A stretch of 64,000 nucleotides of DNA from Antedon mediterranea (lineage: Eukaryota > Animalia > Echinodermata), in assembly GCF_964355755.1 (NCBI RefSeq), contig NC_092676.1, positions 27,794,871 to 27,858,870 on the forward strand. The letters run 5' to 3'. A model generated the notes under the pieces. That model did not search any database. It was not told where the DNA came from and worked only from the letters and a program-made list of their open reading frames with translations. Position numbers and translations under genes: made by a program. Numbering within the stretch: position 1 is the first letter of the stretch; every line of letters begins with the position of its first letter. This document shows, piece by piece, positions 51,601 through 60,600 of the stretch.

Positions 51601-54600
51601 TTGACGGCGATATTTAGGCTATTTACTAATTCTGCTCGTCATTAAAATTAAAGAACATTTCATTCTGAAATACAGTTTTTTGTTATTACAATTTTCTCAA
51701 CATTTATTTTTTAATTTGAATATTAATATTTTAATAGATTATTTTAATAAAGATTGTTACAATGATATTATATTATAATATCCATTTTAGATTTACTAAC
51801 CAGTACTGGCATTTAATTATCTTTTTGCTTAAGATAATTGAGAAGTGCTTAAGTGAAAACTTAGGCTTCTCAAACAAGCTCTTGTTATCTCTATATTCTT
51901 TATTATTCTTTTTTTTTAAATTATTTAAGAAAAAAATATTTCTTAACTTATTTGGAAAAAAATAATTGACTTAAAACAAAGTTGACAAATCTGACTCCTT
52001 GTGTCTCTTTATTTTTTTTTTATTCTTCCCATCTTGTTTGACTTAAGTATGACATGGATTTTAAAATTTTAAATCAGTATTTTGGTTTGTAAATTTGGAA
52101 GTCATATAATATGAGGCAATTACCAAGTCTTAATTATCCTTTTTCTTATTATACTGTTGAGTCATTTTACTACAAAGGATTGCCAATATTCTTTGATATT
52201 TTCAACCTGATTTTGTATGTGTATGCATAAGTTTTTCATGGTATATCACTAAATCTGTCAGAAGTTTGGGAACAAATGATATAAATGTTATTGTAAACAT
52301 TTTTATGCATACAATGTATACTTGTTTTTTCTTTTCTATTGTTTATACACAGTATTTGCTTAAATTGTTTTTTTTAAACATTTTAAATGGAATATATTAT
52401 ACTGTGCGTGAGACAAATATATGCTATAGTGATCGCCCCAGTTATTCATAACTGAATAAATGTGATTATAATTTGGAAAAAAATATACATATACTTGGCT
52501 TGGCTTTAAATCGGCTTTAATTTCATCAGAAATTACTACTAATAAATATTGAATTCCATTTACTCTTGAAAAATATTATTAAAACTTGTAGTTTGAGGTT
52601 AAAATGGCGAGGACGCAATAGCGATCAAACGAAAAGGTCGCAAGTTCACAACTCGATGTCGATCCTGTTTGTAGGAGACTAATCCTCGTTATAAGTCAAA
52701 TCTGAAATTAATTAATATTTCCATTTGAAGTCGTCATGATAAAGTACTAAGGCTAAGAATAAATGGAATGCGTTTTATAAATGAATTTGTTAATAAGTTG
52801 TTTCTTGTTCTAATTGGACCCTTGGGTATAAGAATGCTTTAGGAATTTGATATAGCTGAATACTACATACAATAATATTTTAAATGGTTTTGTATGATGT
52901 CAAACTTCACAATCATGATTATAGCAGTGTGTTTTTAATTTTTTTTAAGTTTAAAAAAACTTATTAAGATACAGAAAACGTGGTTCTTCAATTCACAACA
53001 ATTATCTACTACGACTATTTGTGTAAAGTTAAAAATACTAAATGTACACAACAGAAAAAGAAAACAAAAAGAAAGACTCTGGTGTTAAAACAAGTCTTCT
53101 GAGATAAAGATATTATTATTATTATTTGTTGTTTTTAAGTCTGCGACTTTTGATGTATATTTCTGTACAACTGTTATTTTTATATGAGCAAGAAATAAAA
53201 ACAAACAAACAAACAAAGACCTAAAACTGAAGGTACAGTGTACACATCTTGCGAGTGTGCGTTTCCAAAAACATATTTTACCTTTTAGAAGCGTAGGTCA
53301 TTGTGGACAGACGAATGGTTGCCATTTGGTGGCAACAGTCAACAGTCAACATTTAGTCCAATTGAGGTGGTCTCATCCCTTGCTTTAGATCACAATTGTT
53401 TTTGTGACCCATATTGTTCGTTCTACTAGTTAGTTATTTATGTTTTTGCATTTCGTTTCCCATATCATAAAACATAGATTTTATAATACAGTATCTAGCT
53501 AGCTGTGTGCATAATATGTTCACAGTTGAGTGCATCCTGAATTATAAAATGGATGAACCATTCTCATAAATTATGAAATTGTCTATTACCACCTGTTAAA
53601 TTCCCAGAAACAGGTTCCTTTAAAAAAAAAACTTTTCCAACAATACAATTTTAATCATAAAACATTTCAAACATTTTTAATTTGGCTAAATATATATTAA
53701 AATTCTAGGTATGATGTAATTCAAAATGGTTGCTGCGATAAAAACTCATTTTAAACAATTATTCAAACAAAAAGGATGCATACTGTATGTTTGAGAAGAA
53801 TTATTATTTTAAGATATGGTTGAGTGGGTTTTCAATATTGATGCTCAGATGAATTGCAATAGATATAAATAATTGGATATATTATTTGCATAATAAGAAA
53901 TTTGCTGAAATTAACAAGCTTTGAAATTTCTTGAATGCACAATCTACTACTTTCGATTACTATTTATTTCTAAATTATAAACCATATTGAAATAATTATT
54001 TATATGGATGGATTTTAATTCTAGAAATGCAATTTATACATTAAAGTCCTATAATCAGGTTAATTTTTAACTTGATATAGATATCAGTGGCGTAAATCCA
54101 AATGAAATTAATTCCAATTGTCTCATATTACTCTATAAATTTAGTAGCTGTTTGTGTTATAATTATTGCAATAACTTTTCATTAGTAAAGTAAAAATAAA
54201 TTATTATACATTCGTGGAAATGACAAAGGAAAATATTCTCGCAAATGCCACAGCTGCTGCTGCGGAATATGCTTTTCTAATTTTCTTACCGTTGGATTAT
54301 GATACGTTTATTTATTGAAATCGTGACAATTTTTTTTTTTTCGTTTTTTTAATGGTAAATTGAATGTGAAATTGAGGACATTCATAATTTCATAAAAAGT
54401 AAAGAATATGTCAGAATCAATCTGAATAAAATAATACATTCGTTTAAGTTAAAATTTTTTTCAAAATAAAATGTTGACATTTTATCTTCTATTTGGATTT
54501 TTTGGAAAGCTTGCGTACCTTTAACTGAAATTTTACTCTTTCAGCAACAAATGTACTCCAAATGAAATCTTATAAACATTAATTTTTAATATTATTTTAA

Positions 54601-57600
54601 GGAATGTATTTTGTTCTTCATTTTATAAGTTACAAATATATTTCATTGCATTTTACTTACGTTTTTTTGTCACATAAAGTTTGATAGTGTAGATTTTACT
54701 TTAGATCGTTTTTGCAGCTCATTTTTTTTTGTTATACTAGTTGCATTTAATACTTATATAGCTATGGAAAAATACTTTTATGAAAATTATATATGAATCC
54801 AATCAAAAAATTTTTTTTTACAGTTGCCAAGAAACTACAACAAATTGCTGAGGAGAGATGCGATGCTGCAGGACTGTTGGAAGACCGAGCGAAGGCTGGA
54901 GAGGGCGTTATTCCCGCATCAAAGAGCATGAAGAGATTATCCATCATAAGCGCCCAAGTATCGAGTAAGACGCGGTGATAAAATCTCCATTTTGCATGCA
55001 TAATTTCTTAATCTTCATACAAAACAGTTTGTGTGATATACAACACGCTGTAATCAATGTCTCACTTTATACAATTTTGATTGGAATTTTTTTACGAAGG
55101 CATCCTGTCATAATAAATTTTGAATTTATAACTATTAATTTTCTAGATTCAATATTCGTAAGAAGATAATTGGTTTTTTAGAAATTCTAAATATCTTTCC
55201 GTTAATTATGATGTTGAGTTTTTATTTGTTTTCTACAACCATAAGAGAGGGGTAGATACTATGCCATATTGACGATGTCCTATGTGATTTTATTGATTAT
55301 TATGTAACACCTAAATTAACTCCTGTCATTGTGGGTCACATGGTGTGCAATAGTATGTACTATTAAATGATTGTGTAATAGAACTTCTTGCCTACAGAAA
55401 AAGAAAAATCTGCATGAATCAAATGGCAAAAGAATGTATTTAAATGTTATATTAAAACAAAATAATGAATGTTTTTATATTCGTGAGATAGAACAAATAA
55501 TTTAATTCGGTGAAATATGAAATTCATCTTTTATCTCATGAAATTATTTGTACCATTGCACTTATAAACATTCATTATTTGCACACTATCCTTCAGAACT
55601 GTCGGCTAAGCTGACTGGTAAACACGAGGTGCAAGCAGTTGATGCCCTGAATATTGAAGAGGCTGGCAGTGAATGGGTGACCGTACATCGTGGCACATGC
55701 AGATCAGTAAGTTTCTCTTTTTTAACTTCTAATTCATCCACCTAAAACAAAAGACCATACAAAAAAATAAATATTAAAAGGACTGTACATATGTCATCAG
55801 TAACCATTATTTTCAAAAAGCTAAAGCTCGGTCTACACTATTAAACTTTATTGACAAAAAATGTAATGTGCCCATATATGGACATAATGATGTCATATCA
55901 CTATTATATTTGGGCATATCACTACCATATTTGGGCAAATCACACCATTTTAACAAACTAGTTTGATAGTATAGACAGAGCTTAAGAATCAAAACTTTCT
56001 CCTTTCTTCATTCAGCTATTCCAATGTCCTGGTTTTTTATACATCCAATAATAATCTTTTCATTGGCCTATGGGATACATTTATCGTTCGTTAAAATGTA
56101 GTTGAGTTTGCCAACTTTTAGTTTTACAATACGCTAGTAACATCAATTACTACTCAACAACCTTGGGGCATACACACTCCTATAAGAATTATGTTTTACA
56201 GTACGAGTTTCAATATTATTCTCCATTAACCTATTTGGTAATGCATACACATTCATAAAGCCTAATTATTATCTAGTCTAAGTCAACGTTCCACAAACTC
56301 GGGTTCATGACCCTGAAATGGGTCATCAAAATTAGTTTTTTTATTTACAATGCAATCGCAGTAATAAAGAAAAGAGGTTTGTAGGTCTGGCATACTAATA
56401 CTACAGACGCCTTAGAGTTTATACCGTACCTTTTGATTGTACGATGAGGAATAAAAACCCGATATAATTTTGACCTAACTCCAAAAAGCTATACATGTTT
56501 TGTGTTTTGTAAAGATATCATTTGAAAGTTTTGGTATTCAATCTACTGGTCAACGAGGGACAGGCCACTTGGGTCAGCATGATCCCCCAGTGTTATTTTA
56601 ATTATTTCTTCCATCTTAAGCTTTTTATTTTACTTATAAACTTATACATTCACAGATTAGAATACTGTTGGCTTAGCAGATTAATTAATTGATTATACTA
56701 CATAGTTCAATATTAGTACCATTCATATGGGATTCATTGTGCCAAAAATGATTCCATTTTGTAATAATTTAATATTTTATGTATATATAGTAAACAAATT
56801 AATAACCATCAAATTTTGTTTTAATACAATAACGCATACCACTTAATTTTGTTACAACTTCAGCTGATCTTAACTCTAGTATTATTTGATAGCGTACACT
56901 TAAACCATACGTAGTTGTATTGCAGTTTGCGCAATTAAACTCATCTATACTGTCAGTGTAATGATCGTGATGATGAAGAAAAAAAACCAACATTGTTGCA
57001 AATGGTCCCAAATGTCTCTTTACTGCTGATGCGTTAGCTTCTGTCCAACTGTAGCTTTTAACATATGCTATGCCACGGCCTAACTGCGGAATTAAAGCAT
57101 TTTATTGCATATAGATGCCTGTCATGTGACCATTAAGATCTCGTATAGGTAGTTTTAACGCAATCGTACGAGTTGCATGAAATATTACACTTTAAGTTAA
57201 ACATGCATAGGCGTGTCTGAAGGAGTGTTCAGACTGCCTAACAGCTTGTCAAAAGAATGATTTAAAACCACAGATAAAATGCCATTACATTATTAATGTT
57301 GACTATAACCACTTTAAAACAATATATTAAAAACAGATTATATTAATAAATATTATAAAATGCCCATTATTTTACACTTTCCACAAAATGTTAGGCTATT
57401 ATATGATTATTACAATAAAACCCCATATTTGGGACAGCCTTATTCAAGGAGACCCCCCTATTATGGGGGGAACCCCTATTATGGGCAAACCCCCTATTAT
57501 GGGAAAACCCCTATTCAGTGGACATCCCAATTAAAGTGTCACTTTGTTGAAGGTGTCTAAAAATAGGTATTCTACTGACTGTGGCCTAAAATTTATATAT

Positions 57601-60600
57601 TTTTTAATTGGCAATACTTTTTATTTATTTTTAGCGAATAGAAAAACAAATTGAAAGTGTCAAACGTACGTTTTCCAAGTGTATTCTGATGCCCAATTCC
57701 CGCTTTGCCAAATACTGGGAACGACTAGTTTTGCTGCTCACACTTATAATTGTGATGGTTTATCCATATGTGGCTAGCTTCTCTGGTAAGTCTTCTTTTT
57801 TATTTTATATCACAATTTAAAATCAAAGTATACAAAGATATTTGAATATTCCTATATTTTTTCTCTAATTTTTTTTAGTAATTTCAGTTCTTCACTCAAT
57901 TATTATTTCATTAAAAAAAATGTTTTAAAATGCATTTAGGAAACAGATTCTACTATTATAGTGAAGAATAAAATATATCAGAAATGTTCATAGATTTTCA
58001 TTAAACTTTATTATATCAGCAACATTCAGTTCAAAACAGTAGTCAAAGCGGTAGTGTAATATCATCTTTGATGCATACAAAACAGCTGGCTTTACTGCAG
58101 TAAAATAATTACAGCAGTATAATAATTACTGCAGTATAAATAATTATTGCAGTATAAATAATTACTGTGCTATATAATAATTAATGCAGTATAATAATTA
58201 CTGCATTATAACAGTTACTGCAGTATAATAATTACTGCATTATAACAATTACTGCAGTGTAATAATTACTGCAGTATAATAATTACTGCATTATAATAAT
58301 TATTGCAGTATAATATTTACCATCAGTATAATAATTACTGCAGTATAATGATTACTGCAGTATAATAATTACCACAGTATAATAATTACTGCAGTAAATA
58401 ATATAATCAGCAAATGCACAGATCAAAACAATAGTAAATAGTGGCGTAATATCAAACATACTCATTGTCCAATGATAACGTGTGTACTTCAAGTGAGTAT
58501 CTGACACATGATATACGAGTATAATAAGACCAATTATTTATCACATAAAGACTTGTCGGGAGAAGCTGTCACCCTTGTATGTTAATTAACTTGGCGTAAT
58601 GACACAAATTTCCAGAAATCTTAGAAGCCACGAATACAAATTCCTGCGTTGTAGAATCAATTAGGAAATGTTTTTAAATTAGTATTGAGTTAAGATTGCC
58701 TTAATTGAACATGTCTTGGAGACGTATATGCATTAGTGGATACAATACTTTATACATATCATTTAGTTGGTGTTTTCTCTGTTCTATCTTTGCAGTGCGT
58801 AGGCCTGATATACACACTGCCGCTGAATGCATAATTATATCTTAATTCATCTTGTACTATTCAATTAGGTTTTTAATAATTATTAATTTGCTACTAATTT
58901 GTGAGGTAATTTGTATACAATTAATTAGAAATTGGAATAGTTTTCACAAACAAAACAGATTTAAAACTTTAAAATAATTTTTGTGTTCTGTATACATAAT
59001 TTAATGTAAACATATGTATTATTTATTGTATATCTGTATTTTTCTTTAATCTATTTAAAGCTATATTATGAATTTGTTTTGGGTATTTATTACAAGTTAC
59101 AGGTATATAAATTAACATTTCTTTCCCTTCAAATTATCAATTATCATAATTGATTTATTATCGTTTTCTTTTTTGCAATCGCATTTATAATTGTTATTTT
59201 ATTGCTACTGAATTTATTTCTGCTATTGCTATCACAATATTAGTGTAAGCCTCCATAAATTGTGATGTCAAAGTGCTTTCGACAGTTTCTATCCTACTAC
59301 TAAAATAGATAGGATACATTGTATTAGTTTGACACTGACAGTTAAATTTATCTTAGTACTAGGATACATTCTATTCTTAATAATTGTTTATTTCTAGTGT
59401 GAAATATTGTATTATTATAAGCTTATTTACAATACTGATCCGATATAAGCCCTTCTATACCACGCTGATCTGGACATAAGCTTATCATCACTAACCTATA
59501 CAATTGAATTCAATAATAATAACATTTATTCCACAGTAGTAGACAATTATTATCAACATTTATTTCCTCTAATTAAAACAATATACAATGGTACCAAAGC
59601 TTGTCGTTACAGCCGACTTTTATAGAATTTTATTCTGTGCTTCTAAATAAAATTATTTCAAATCATTGATACTGTACTGCCATAGTTAGTTTGCTCTTAA
59701 AATGGATAAACATTGCAATATTATGTAAATTAAATTATTAAGTATGTATTTAATATTGAGTTGCATAAAATTGTGTTTTTTACACCAAATTTTGAATTTA
59801 TTCACAATGCAGTTATACAATTCCAAAGAAATAAGAATAATTGGGTGAAACTATGTAAGCCTTTTTGTTTTTCTTTTTATTGCAACGTCTAATAATACAC
59901 GTAGGGGCGCAGATCCTGGGGTGCAGATCCTGGAGAGAAGACCCTGGGAGCACCCCTAGAAGCAGATCCTGGGAGCAGACCCTGGAAATGTGGGACATGT
60001 TTCATTCACATATTTTTATAATTCTATTGATAGCAAATACCCAACAAGGATGCTTGACACAATAAACTATTAACTCCGATTCTAAATACTTACTGGAGGC
60101 CTAGTACTGTTGTCTAGAAATCTTCCAAATTGTCTTGCTCATCATAGGTTGGGTTGAAAAACGACTCTCAACTGTGTCCCGCATCGTTCGAAATGGATCT
60201 GCGCCGTTAATGCTGATTGTGGTTAATCTTTTCCAAGTTTTCCAGGCTATAGCTTTTCTAATTTGTAATTGAGATGGTTTGAATTGTTTCATGCAATTAA
60301 TTGAGTGGTGATTAATTCAAACTAAAATAAATTGGCTTATTCTGTTTCTGTCTGTAATGTCTTGTTTTTGATATTGTGCATGACAAATATTATTAATATA
60401 AGATGGAAAAAAAATGTTAATATGGTTGATAATTGGAACAACATACTGTACCGTAGATCAAATGCATTATGATGATGATTGTATACAGTACACCGTACTG
60501 CACAATCTGATGATTGTATACAGTACACCGTACTGCACAATCTCAAGCTTCTTGCATGGAAGCAAAATTGGTTAAAAAGTTGATGTATGCAGTCAAAATT